Positions 21,765-31,397 of a DNA stretch of 64,000 nt are shown here, piece after piece. The number at the start of each line of letters is the position of its first letter. The stretch's first letter is position 1. The stretch is from assembly GCA_963729715.1 (NCBI GenBank), contig CAVSPA010000004.1, positions 608,001-672,000 of the forward strand, read 5' to 3'. The notes below the pieces were generated by a model, which made no database searches, was not told where the DNA came from, and saw only the letters and a list, made by a program, of their open reading frames with translations. The position numbers and the translations under genes were made by a program. The DNA comes from an uncultured delta proteobacterium. Lineage in GTDB: Bacteria; Desulfobacterota; Syntrophia; Syntrophales; UBA2185.

Positions 21765-22655
21765 ATGGAAGGTATAACTATTTATATCATAAATGGGGTC
21801 TTATTGTTGGGAGCGTGTCTCCTCTGCATTTCCTTTTTCCCCATACAGCGTCTCGTAGGGCAACTGCCTGAGGGGGCGCTAAGAAAAAGATGGAACGACT
21901 TAAGGGCACTGATCCTCTTTTTCATTATGGGCTATGTTTGTTTCACTTTCCTCTATTGGATGGAATACAGTAACGCCTTCAATCTCGTTGTGCCGGCGGT
22001 ATTCTTCCTCGGCGCAGTTTTGATACTCTTTGTCGGCACACTCGCCCTGCAGACGGCTATCGAAATAAAGCAGATGTCCGCCCTTCAGTATGAAAGCGTC
22101 ACTGACCATTTGATCGGCATCCACAACCGCAGGTATCTGGACAGGAGGACGGACGAAGAGATTTCCAGGGCGCGCAGATATGACATGCAGCTCTCGCTGC
22201 TGCTGCTTGATATTGACCACTTCAAAATAGTCAATGACAATTACGGACATCAGATCGGAGACCGTGTCTTAATGAGCCTGGGCCAGCTGCTTTTCAGGGA
22301 GGTTCGAGATACGGATATCGTCGCCCGTTACGGGGGTGAAGAGATTGCCGTCCTTGCGCCACACACCTCTGTCGCCAGCGCGATTGAATTGGCAGAGCGG
22401 CTGCGCCGATCCGTGGAAAAATCAATCATGGTCCCGGCCAACGAATACGAAAAGAGGCAGGCAATAACAATAACTGTCAGCATTGGCGTTGCAGGATTGG
22501 ATAAAGAGACTGTTGACCATCAGTCCCTCATCAATCGAGCCGACAAGGCCCTCTACGGGGCGAAGCAACAGGGGCGCAACAGAGTCATTGACTTTGACAG
22601 CTTAACGATTCCCACTAAGAGACCCCTATTGGTAGGGAAGGATGCGCCCATTTGA
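21765..22655 (+). CDS. Membrane-anchored diguanylate cyclase
   Basis: Three N-terminal TM segments; DIDHFK, RDTD I-site, RYGGEEI, ADKALYGAKQQGRN. Confidence 0.92.
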   Translation: MEGITIYIINGVLLLGACLLCISFFPIQRLVGQLPEGALRKRWNDLRALILFFIMGYVCFTFLYWMEYSNAFNLVVPAVFFLGAVLILFVGTLALQTAIEIKQMSALQYESVTDHLIGIHNRRYLDRRTDEEISRARRYDMQLSLLLLDIDHFKIVNDNYGHQIGDRVLMSLGQLLFREVRDTDIVARYGGEEIAVLAPHTSVASAIELAERLRRSVEKSIMVPANEYEKRQAITITVSIGVAGLDKETVDHQSLINRADKALYGAKQQGRNRVIDFDSLTIPTKRPLLVGKDAPI

Positions 22656-22769
22656 GAAGAAGAACCGGTCATGGATATGCTGTTTCCGCAGAATGATAGT
22701 TTTATACTAGTATATTAACAGTATTTTTTTATTATTGTATTTGTGGAAATAGCATATTAACAAAACTGA

Positions 22770-23279
22770 ATGAAAATGACTGCAGGAGAAGACGTGTCAG
22801 ATAATAGCATCAAGAAACTGTATGTCGATGATACAGGCATGGTGACATTCCTCTGTCCGAAGTGCGGTGATTCACGGAAGCAATCCGTGATAAAATACAG
22901 AGACCATATAGGCTCAGTAAGAATGAGTTGTGTGTGCGGATACGACTCTGAAGTGAAACTTGAGTTCAGAAAATTCTTCAGAAAAGATACAGAACTTGAA
23001 GGATTATACTACAGAACCACTCCCGAAGGTCATTGGGGGAAAATGATCGTAAAAAATCTGTCCATGGTGGGGTGCAGGTTTGAAATGGTCAGGAAAGACC
23101 CCCTGGCAGTGGGAGAAGAAATAAAGATCCAATTTACGTTGGACAATCCGAGAAGCTCCATTATCAGAAAAAAAGCCGTCATCTCTGAAGTAGAAGAACG
23201 TTCCGTCGGCTGTAGATTTTGTGAACTTCCAGGTTACATAGATTCAGAACTGGGCTTCTACCTGAGAAACCCTAAATAG
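22770..23279 (+). CDS. PilZ-domain protein with N-terminal Zn-ribbon
   Basis: CPKC...CVCG, then RKFFRK and NLSMVG PilZ motifs. Confidence 0.85.
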   Translation: MKMTAGEDVSDNSIKKLYVDDTGMVTFLCPKCGDSRKQSVIKYRDHIGSVRMSCVCGYDSEVKLEFRKFFRKDTELEGLYYRTTPEGHWGKMIVKNLSMVGCRFEMVRKDPLAVGEEIKIQFTLDNPRSSIIRKKAVISEVEERSVGCRFCELPGYIDSELGFYLRNPK

Positions 23280-23848
23280 CATACCCCGCCAAATCGTCCG
23301 CATATGTTCACTATGCTGTTCCGTTCTTAAATCACATATGAAGACGGATGCCGCATATACCTCCATATCCTGAAACCCGCCCCGTCAACCCCAGTGACTT
23401 GCCGTCACATGACCGGGAGAGGAAAAAACGTCGGATAACTCAGATACGAGCAGAGAGAGGCGAGGTCAGGTCGAAGCCTCACCCAGGCCTCTGAAGCGTT
23501 CCAAACGTGTGCAAACTTGGAGGTAGCAACGCAGGAGGCTTCGGTGCAGCTCTAACATATTGGAAGCCAATGTCAACAAATCTGTTCCAAAATTCGTGAA
23601 AAATTTGACGATGCCATTGGACCCTATCGCGATACGCGCTTAGGACAGGCATGAATCCGCAAGTGATGAGGAAGCTCTCGACTGCCAAAAGATTCCGGAT
23701 AACCGTAACCAGCAAACAATATTATGTTTTTGAAGATTAATTTGATTATGGTAGGAAAGGCATAATGTGCTTGAATGGTCATTCTATTGAAAAGGCAGAG
23801 CCGGTTATGACGAGCCTTTCTGTTTTATGCCGAAATTTTATACTTGCA

Positions 23849-24406
23849 TCAATGTGCAGCCGTCAAGAAAGAGGTGACGTTTCTGACACCCCCTACGCTC
23901 TTGGCGTGAGCGGCAGCTTTAGCAATTTCCTCGCCGGACCTGACAATGCCAAGCAGCACGACATTACATTGAACCACTTTAACATCAATATTCGTGGACC
24001 GGATATCCTTATCCGCGGTCAGTTTAGCATCAACTTTTCCCGTGATAGCCACGTTGTCGCTTGTCCCGCATGTATCGCCTTTCTTCTCGGGAAGAAGATA
24101 AGTCTGCACGGATTTTACGCCCTCTACCTTCTTGGCCATTTTTTCGGCCTTTTCTTTCTGCTCTTTATTATCGTATTCCCCTACCAGGAACACATGGCCG
24201 TCGTAGCAGTAGGAGGAAATATCAAGTACCTTGATGGTGCTATCCTCAAGAAATGTTTTTTGGATCTCAGCCGTAATTTTTTTATCTGAGGCAATGGTAC
24301 TTGCCTTCCTCTCATCTACGGCTACCCCGTAGATCGTTCCGTAGGGAGAACATCCGACGACAAATACAAGAAGCAGCAGACAGATAATCATGTTATTTTT
24401 CTTCAT
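23849..24406 (-). CDS. Dual BON-domain lipoprotein
   Basis: Lipobox VVGC; two BON repeats (DKKITAEIQ...GVKSV; DNVAITGKV...GVRNV). Confidence 0.9.
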   Translation of the reverse strand: MKKNNMIICLLLLVFVVGCSPYGTIYGVAVDERKASTIASDKKITAEIQKTFLEDSTIKVLDISSYCYDGHVFLVGEYDNKEQKEKAEKMAKKVEGVKSVQTYLLPEKKGDTCGTSDNVAITGKVDAKLTADKDIRSTNIDVKVVQCNVVLLGIVRSGEEIAKAAAHAKSVGGVRNVTSFLTAAH

Positions 24407-24699
24407 ATAATCATTTCCTTTACTCGTGAATATTTCTACGCCATGTCCCTATGTTTAAAATAACACGCTCCTGAAATAGTTAATATAAGAAAAACCGGCT
24501 TCTCGTGTCGCTAAAAACCTTAATGCTTATTGGTCATCGGATTATCTCCAAAAAAGCGGCATTCCCAGCGATCGATTAATCCGTAGTGGTCAACTTCAGA
24601 AAACCCAAGAGTAAGGCTAAGTTGTTCAAATTAGCCTTACCTTTTATTCACAACCTTGGGTAACATTTAATGTGAGGCAATTCGCTTACCGATTAATGC

Positions 24700-24793
24700 T
24701 TGACATTGGCGGAAGAGAAGCTTATATTACTTCACAAGATGGTTTTGGTTCATGTCCCCAGGGCCTGACGAAGGCTTTTTGGGGATTTTTTTT
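24700..24793 (+). promoter_or_regulatory. Sigma70 promoter followed by a leader hairpin and T-tract
   Basis: TTGACA(24700)-17 bp-TATATT(24723); hairpin TCCCCAGGGCCT...AGGCTTTTTGGGGA (24755-24785) then T8. Confidence 0.65.
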
Positions 24794-25084
24794 AACGTAA
24801 AAAAGTTTTGCAAAATAAGATGTATGAGCGATTCCTGTCGAACACAGGAGGAACGTAAGGAACCAAAATCAAAACAAGTTTATCAAGCGCAAAGAAGAAA
24901 TTGTGCGCATGCGAAACGCGAAGCAAGAAAATGGTGAGGAGGCAGGGTGAACAGAATAAGACGACGGCGTCCGACGGATCCCAAATATTCGAACAGCCCG
25001 GGGAGACCTCGAACAATTGAGCATCAGCAATCAATCATCCGTCCCAAGTTTGTACTTGGCAATACAGAGAAAAAAGGAACGATA

Positions 25085-26431
25085 ATGAATTTTGAGTCGT
25101 TTAATCTACACCCCCACATCGAATCAGGTGTCAGGGCTTTCGGCTATACGGAGCCCACGCCGATTCAAATACAAGCTATACCTCCCATTCTTCAGAACAA
25201 GGACGTAATGGCACAGGCACAGACCGGAACGGGGAAAACCGCCGCCTTCGTTCTTCCAATTCTGCAGCGTCTGATCGACGGTCCGCGGAAGCGTATCCGG
25301 GCGCTAATAATCGCACCGACTAGAGAACTGGCGGAGCAGACGCATGAGGCCATCGGTCACCTTGGCCGCTATACGAAACTGAAGAGCGTCACAATCTATG
25401 GCGGCGTGAATCAGAACCTCCAGATCAGGAAGCTCCAGAGCGGAGCGGATATTGTCGTGGCCTGTCCCGGACGTCTGATCGATCTTATGGATAAGGGCAT
25501 TGTCGATTTAAGACGCATTGAAGTACTAGTCCTCGACGAGGCGGATAGAATGTTCGACATGGGATTTCTCCCGGATGTCCAGAATATCTTGAAGCGTCTT
25601 CCCGTCGAGCGGCAGACTCTTCTTTTCTCGGCGACCATGCCTGATGACGTCCGCAACCTCGCAGAGAGCGTACTACGCAATCCCGTCGCGGTCCAGGTCG
25701 GCGATGCGGCCCCGATATCTACCGTCTCACACGCTATTTATCCTGTCGATCCGCACCTCAAGACGCCTCTCTTGATGAAGATCCTGGACAGCACGGACAC
25801 AGCTTCTGTGCTCGTCTTCACGCGCACCAAGGACCGCGCTACGCGCCTGGCGAAGCAGATGAAAACGTCCGGGTTTCTTGTGACATCGCTACAGGGCGAT
25901 CTGCCCCAGAACAAACGCCAGGAGGCGCTCGATGGTTTTCGCAGCGGCAAATACCAGGTACTCGTGGCCACCGACATTGCAGCCCGCGGCATCGATGTTT
26001 CCAAGATATCTCATGTGATCAATTATGACATGCCTGATACGGTTGATGCCTACACGCACCGCATCGGGCGTACCGGCCGGGCTACCAGAACAGGCGATGC
26101 CTTCACCTTTGTGACGCGCCCGGACAGGGCCTTTGTGTGGACCATCGAAAATGTTCTCGGTGAAAAGCTCGAAAGACGAATATTGCCGAATTTCGATTAC
26201 ACGATACCGGCACCGGTCGCCGCCAAGAGGTCCGGCTCATTCCCGAACTCAAGGAAGAGACCGGGCTTAACGAGAGTTACCAAAGATACCTCGGAACGGA
26301 ATGACCGCTCTTCCATGCCGGCTTCGCGGTCCGCTTCAGGCGCAAGGAGAGGACGGAAGGATCTTTCCCAGTTCCCGTTTCCAGCCGGTTCGCCGCAAAT
26401 GAAATCGCGCCGGTCCCACGGCATGCGTTAG
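25085..26431 (+). CDS. DEAD-box RNA helicase (RhlE-like)
   Basis: Q-motif PTPIQ, AQTGTGKT, PTRELA, DEAD, SAT, ARGID, HRIGRTGR; basic C-terminal tail. Confidence 0.95.
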   Translation: MNFESFNLHPHIESGVRAFGYTEPTPIQIQAIPPILQNKDVMAQAQTGTGKTAAFVLPILQRLIDGPRKRIRALIIAPTRELAEQTHEAIGHLGRYTKLKSVTIYGGVNQNLQIRKLQSGADIVVACPGRLIDLMDKGIVDLRRIEVLVLDEADRMFDMGFLPDVQNILKRLPVERQTLLFSATMPDDVRNLAESVLRNPVAVQVGDAAPISTVSHAIYPVDPHLKTPLLMKILDSTDTASVLVFTRTKDRATRLAKQMKTSGFLVTSLQGDLPQNKRQEALDGFRSGKYQVLVATDIAARGIDVSKISHVINYDMPDTVDAYTHRIGRTGRATRTGDAFTFVTRPDRAFVWTIENVLGEKLERRILPNFDYTIPAPVAAKRSGSFPNSRKRPGLTRVTKDTSERNDRSSMPASRSASGARRGRKDLSQFPFPAGSPQMKSRRSHGMR

Positions 26432-26711
26432 GCGCGCCTCTTCGGCGGATCATAACCGATCCGTCGTCGTGCAGTAACGTGCTGGAGAGAGGAATGCCGC
26501 TTTCCGATCGGCAGTCATCCTCCGGAAACATTATCTTCCCAAGGCAAGGCTCTTGACATCCCAATCCATAAGGACCTTGCACAAACGTATATTTAGTAAT
26601 CTCTCCCGGAGAGATGATTGCCCTTTCACTCACTCCTTTTTCATCGCTTTTTCCATCCAATATTGTTTTCACGATTCCGTCCGTCCATAACACATCCAGG
26701 CATAAATTATC

Positions 26712-26740
26712 TTGACAATGGTTTGATATCAAACTATGTT
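26712..26740 (+). promoter_or_regulatory. Sigma70 promoter with a palindromic operator in the spacer
   Basis: TTGACA-17-TATGTT with perfect palindrome GTTTGATATCAAAC (26721-26734); a second copy GTTTGATGTCAAAC lies at 27185-27198. Confidence 0.75.
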
Positions 26741-26746
26741 GCCTCT

Positions 26747-27169
26747 ATGAAAAAGGATCACATCATTTTCTTGATCGGACGCATCCAGTACAAGGCCAAT
26801 CGGTTTCTCTCCCAGGAAATGAAGGCTCATGGTATCAAAGGATTGGCGCCGTCCCATGGCGAGATCCTGGGCTATTTAATGGCGCGCGCTCCCTTGCCCA
26901 TGTCCGAGATCGGGAGGATCATCGACAAGGACAAGTCCACAATCACAGCCTTGGTGAACAAGTTGATTAGAATAGGTTATGTGGAAAAAAAGAGTGATCC
27001 CATCGACAGTCGCATCAGTCTCATCGCCTTGACCCGGAAGGGCATCGCCTTGAAGCCCGACTTCCTTCTCATCGCTCAGAAATTGCGGGCTCAGTCATAC
27101 AAGGGGGTCTCGGACGACGAAAGGGAAACGCTGGTGAATCTGCTCAACAAGCTCAACGTGAACCTCTAA
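26747..27169 (+). CDS. MarR-family regulator, probably leaderless
   Basis: MKKDHIIFLIGRIQ...DKSTITALVNKL...GYVEK...DSRISLIALT; ATG 6 nt after the -10 box, no SD. Confidence 0.9.
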   Translation: MKKDHIIFLIGRIQYKANRFLSQEMKAHGIKGLAPSHGEILGYLMARAPLPMSEIGRIIDKDKSTITALVNKLIRIGYVEKKSDPIDSRISLIALTRKGIALKPDFLLIAQKLRAQSYKGVSDDERETLVNLLNKLNVNL

Positions 27170-27225
27170 TTTCTTTATAATAAAGTTTGATGTCAAACCG
27201 GCAACAAAAAGAAAATTGAAGATCA

Positions 27226-27423
27226 AGTAAACTACCACCGACCTTGTCGGTGGCCTTCAAAATGCGGCAAGCCTACGGACAATGTCCTTCGCCTTGCCTG
27301 ATAAGGGTTGAAACGGCTATTCTAAAATATTGTTCACCAACATTGTTGGTTCACTTAAGGTGTGGGGCCTCCGCCCCCACACCCCACCACTGACAATGTC
27401 AGTGGTTTTGACAGATAAATAAA
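27226..27423 (-). mobile_element. 198-bp hairpin-rich non-coding element, copy 1 (IS200/IS605-derived MITE/PATE-like)
   Basis: Matches 62572-62769 except at 2 positions; subterminal hairpins CCACCGACCTTGTCGGTGG and CCACTGACAATGTCAGTGG; no transposase. Confidence 0.7.
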
Positions 27424-27442
27424 ATAACCGAGGAGGAAACAT

Positions 27443-28228
27443 ATGCAGTTCGACAACATTATTTTCCAAAAGGCCAATCAGGTAGCTGTAATCAGATTCA
27501 ACCGTCCCAAAGCGTTTAATGCTGTTAATATTGAATTATTCACCGATATCATCAAAGCCTTGGAAATCTGCGCAGACGACAGGGATGTAAAGGTGATCGT
27601 GCTCACAGGAGAAGGCAGGGCTTTCTGTGCGGGGGGAGACGTGGCGCTCTTTAACAGCTCCCCCGATGTAAGCGAGATAATCCGCCAACTGACGAAGTTC
27701 TTGCATTTCACAATCGTGGGCATCCGCCGTACTTCAAAGCCTGTCATTGCCATGATCAACGGGACGGCCGCCGGTGCGGGAGTGAGCATTGCCGCCGCGT
27801 GCGACCTGAGAATTTGCGCTTCATCTGTGAAGTTCAGGCAGGCCTACACTTCCATCGGCTTGATTCCGGACGGGGCATGGACCCTTATGGTGCCGCTGCT
27901 GATCGGATTCGGCAAGGCGTCAGAGCTGGTATACTTAGACCCTGTATTCGACGCTAAGGATGCCCTCCAGATGGGGCTCGTCAATAAAGTGGTCGATGAC
28001 ACTGATCTTGAAAAGACCACCATGGATATTGCGCTGAAGCTTGCCTCAGGGCCGGCAGTATCTTACTCTATCGTGAAGGAGAACTTCAACAACGCCTTCT
28101 TTGGACTATTGGAGCGGCAGCTCGAACTGGAGAGGCGGGGGATGATCTGGGTCGCTAAAACAGCGGACGCGAAGGAAGGAATTTCCTCTTTTGTAGAAAA
28201 AAGAAAACCCAGCTTCAAGGGTCAGTAG
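27443..28228 (+). CDS. Enoyl-CoA hydratase/isomerase (crotonase; PaaG-like)
   Basis: FNRPKAFNA, AFCAGGD, INGTAAGAG, IGLIPDGA, DAKEGISSFVEKRKP; GAGGAGG SD. Confidence 0.92.
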   Translation: MQFDNIIFQKANQVAVIRFNRPKAFNAVNIELFTDIIKALEICADDRDVKVIVLTGEGRAFCAGGDVALFNSSPDVSEIIRQLTKFLHFTIVGIRRTSKPVIAMINGTAAGAGVSIAAACDLRICASSVKFRQAYTSIGLIPDGAWTLMVPLLIGFGKASELVYLDPVFDAKDALQMGLVNKVVDDTDLEKTTMDIALKLASGPAVSYSIVKENFNNAFFGLLERQLELERRGMIWVAKTADAKEGISSFVEKRKPSFKGQ

Positions 28229-28674
28229 GGCCTAAGAGAAACCTCTGTGTTTTTGATTCCCGGCGCTGCTCAAGCCGCAAAGCCGGCAAGACAATCCTCC
28301 AGGAATTTAAACACAACACTATTGGTGCGCACACTTATGAGCCGTTTCATCTTCAAGTGGGACGGCTCACTATTTATATCTATAATTTCCCGTTTTCAAA
28401 TCTGCATCGATCCTTCTGGTCAAAGCTCTCCGCCAATTCCCCCGTTACCCCCTGCACTTGCCGTTTTTCCATTAATTCAAAGAGCAGAATGGCAGAACCA
28501 TGCCCTGAGATGTGCGATTGTGGCAGTTTGCCAAACTGCATTTAAAGATTGCAATTTTTCATGTATTTATGAGATAAACGCGTGGGGAACAGGTTTCAGC
28601 GTCATTTGTGGACAGAAAAGAAATATCAACCTTAACTGTTTTCTCACGTGCAGGGGTATAGAAGAGAGGTTAAA

Positions 28675-29802
28675 ATGAACATCTTCTTGATCTCGATCCT
28701 TGCTGCCCTGGTTATAACCCTGTTTACTATATCATCGCAGAGAAAAAAATCCCGCCGGAAACCATCGCAGCATTCGCAGCATGTGCACGATACGGGAAAA
28801 CGTCACAAAGAAAAAGCACCGGCGTCGCCTCACGCCGCAGTTCAGAGCGCCGAAGCCCAAAGAAAAGCCTTCCTCGAATCTTATCCCCTGTTGAAGGATG
28901 TCTCCTATTTCCCTATAGCCGAAGGTGCTGTGCCAAAGTCGATACATGACCTGAGTTCGGAAGTCAGAGAAGCGGTCGAAGAAAAAATCTCCGCCATCAA
29001 GCCTATCCCTGTAAATTATTTGAAACTGATGAACCTCTTGCGGAACCCCGAGTCGAATCCGGGAGAGATTACGTCGGTTACTGTGACAAACCCCGTTTTT
29101 TCGGCGAGAATCCTGCGGGCGGTGAACTCCGCATATTATAACCGCCCGGAAAAGATCACGTCTGTAGGCAGGGCAATAAGCCTTTTGGGATATAACAGCG
29201 TAAGGGCATTGGTTCTACAAGAGACGCTTAATAACGTAATGCCCCGGGAGCATGCTGACGTATACAGCAAGACATGGGCCCACTCTGCCGTGGTTTCCGT
29301 CTGCTCGGGACATCTCGGCAAGAACATATTTCAATTCTCCGAATATGAAATGGGCACGATGGGACTTCTCCATGACATAGGCAAATATTTTATCGACATG
29401 CTAAAACCTGTGGGAGAGGCATCGAAGGAATCACCCCTCATGATAAGGGAAGAGCAGCTGTACGGAATAAACCACGCATGCTTGGGAAGCCTCATTGCAA
29501 AGAACTGGCAACTCTCGGACGGCATCGTAAAAGGCATCCAATACCATCACCATCCTGCATTTTCCCCTCCCGAATCCATCCCCGAACCTTACATAAAACA
29601 GACGTTTGTAATTTGTCTCTCTGACCTGATCTGTAAGACACTGGGATACGGCGCTAATGATGATGAAAAACTGCCCATCAGAAATGAATACTATGAAATG
29701 TTTAAGATGCGGCCTGACCTCGAGGATAATGTAACGCCCCGCCTGGTAAAAGAAATAGAAAAAGCACACGTGACCGTGCAGTCCTACATCCAAGCGCCAT
29801 GA
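28675..29802 (+). CDS. HDOD-domain protein with N-terminal membrane anchor
   Basis: ARILRAVNSAYY, AISLLG, HS, GLLHDIGK, NHACLGSLIAKNWQL, HH. Confidence 0.9.
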   Translation: MNIFLISILAALVITLFTISSQRKKSRRKPSQHSQHVHDTGKRHKEKAPASPHAAVQSAEAQRKAFLESYPLLKDVSYFPIAEGAVPKSIHDLSSEVREAVEEKISAIKPIPVNYLKLMNLLRNPESNPGEITSVTVTNPVFSARILRAVNSAYYNRPEKITSVGRAISLLGYNSVRALVLQETLNNVMPREHADVYSKTWAHSAVVSVCSGHLGKNIFQFSEYEMGTMGLLHDIGKYFIDMLKPVGEASKESPLMIREEQLYGINHACLGSLIAKNWQLSDGIVKGIQYHHHPAFSPPESIPEPYIKQTFVICLSDLICKTLGYGANDDEKLPIRNEYYEMFKMRPDLEDNVTPRLVKEIEKAHVTVQSYIQAP

Positions 29803-29906
29803 CCAAATTGAAGCTCTCCGCTGTAATGGCAATAAAATAAACGGTAACATGTGTTAATCAGTGACCGCAATTTGCCCACTCTTCTTCCAAAGAAAGAATA
29901 TCGACA

Positions 29907-30575
29907 ATGTTTGTACATTTCTGGATGGCAAAATCGCCCGTCGTGGCGACTGAAGAAATGAGTCTTGAAGAAGTCCTGTATTTGATGAAGAAGCACAAGA
30001 TCAGGCGGCTCCCTGTCATTCGCGGGGAAAACGATCTTTGCGGAATGATCGTTATCTCGGATATCTACCCCTATGTCGGTCCACACGCGATGACGAAAGC
30101 CCTTTTTTCTCCCGAAGTGACCGAGCAATTGCGAAATGTGCATGTCGCGTCGGTAATGACCAAGTCGCCGATTACCTGTGCTCGCAATGCGACGATAGAC
30201 GAAATCGGGGTAGTGATGCGGCGCAATAAAATAGGAGCTGTGCCTGTCGTCGAAGGAACAAAAGTGGTCGGCATTATCACGGAATCAGACATTCTCGGGG
30301 TATTGTCCAATATTGCCCAGATGGGATCGGATAGCAGGCGCATATTCTTCCGTATCCCCGTCGCGGAAAGAATAAACACTTTTTACAAAATCGTATCGTT
30401 GTGCGAACAGAACGAGCTTGAGATTTTGACTATCCTCATCCATCCCATTCCGGAAGAACAAAGCCATCTCGTGATGATGAGGGTACGCGGCAAAAAGGTA
30501 TCCGAATTTATCGATATGCTGTGGCGTAACCACTATGAAGTGCTGATTACATCGCTGAAGCAAGAAGAGAAATAA
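29907..30575 (+). CDS. CBS-pair protein with ACT-like C-terminus (AcuB-like)
   Basis: KIRRLPV and KIGAVPVV...VGIITESDI CBS repeats. Confidence 0.85.
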   Translation: MFVHFWMAKSPVVATEEMSLEEVLYLMKKHKIRRLPVIRGENDLCGMIVISDIYPYVGPHAMTKALFSPEVTEQLRNVHVASVMTKSPITCARNATIDEIGVVMRRNKIGAVPVVEGTKVVGIITESDILGVLSNIAQMGSDSRRIFFRIPVAERINTFYKIVSLCEQNELEILTILIHPIPEEQSHLVMMRVRGKKVSEFIDMLWRNHYEVLITSLKQEEK

Positions 30576-30630
30576 GCGTCCTTAAACCGCGTAATTGAAA
30601 GCAGTGAAAGGGGCACCGGGAGATAGCTAA

Positions 30631-31173
30631 ATGAGAAAATTCATCCTCATTATTTTATTCCTCGCAGTAGGGTGTGCTACTCCGCAAATATCAACCTATA
30701 CCAAGCAGGACACAGATTTCTCCAAATACAAGAAGGTTGCTGTCATTAAATTTGATTGTAAGGAATCAAGCGTAGGACAGGAGGTGTCGGATCGAGTTGC
30801 GTTAAGTTTTATGAAAAAAGGATTTAACGTTGTTGAAAAGAGTCAATTGAAGGCCATAATAGACGAAAACTCTATAATGGCCGCCGGTTTGACTGAACCA
30901 ACCAGGTCGGCGCTGCAGATTGAAGGCATTGATGGTTTGGTAGTAGGCTCAGTAACAAGATATGATTGCGAGCAAAGTGCTGCTGCATTCTACGCAAGCG
31001 GAATGGCAATGGCTACTAAGAAAAATCTTTGCCATGCTTCCATCTCTTTTAAAATGTTGAATATACAAAATGGAGAAGTTCTTTGGGCAGGTCAGGGATC
31101 TCATTCGCTAAGAGGGAGGGATATGACTACGGGCAACGTATTGCAGAAATTAATTGAAAAGATAGAAGTTTAA
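30631..31173 (+). CDS. Lipoprotein, CsgG/DUF799-like
   Basis: Lipobox AVGC; KKVAVIKF, GFNVVEKSQL, GEVLW. Confidence 0.65.
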   Translation: MRKFILIILFLAVGCATPQISTYTKQDTDFSKYKKVAVIKFDCKESSVGQEVSDRVALSFMKKGFNVVEKSQLKAIIDENSIMAAGLTEPTRSALQIEGIDGLVVGSVTRYDCEQSAAAFYASGMAMATKKNLCHASISFKMLNIQNGEVLWAGQGSHSLRGRDMTTGNVLQKLIEKIEV

Positions 31174-31397
31174 ATGCCTTAACAATTTCTTGCCTTGAAT
31201 AGGGAGTAGTTTCTTAATATCCTCGGTCTTTCATTGCATAGCGGTGATGAAGATCGATTGATAACCCTCAGCTGCAATACTGCCTTCAAGCATTCCTTCG
31301 TTACTTGTCGCCATTTTGTTTTGACATTGAACGCCTTTTTCCGTATTCTTATCCAACCCCAAACATACTCTTTATCAAGAAAGGAAAGGAGACAGTC

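Noticed and set aside
28247..28678. 143-aa ORF between the crotonase and HDOD genes
   Set aside because: No SD, atypical composition, occupies a likely promoter region.
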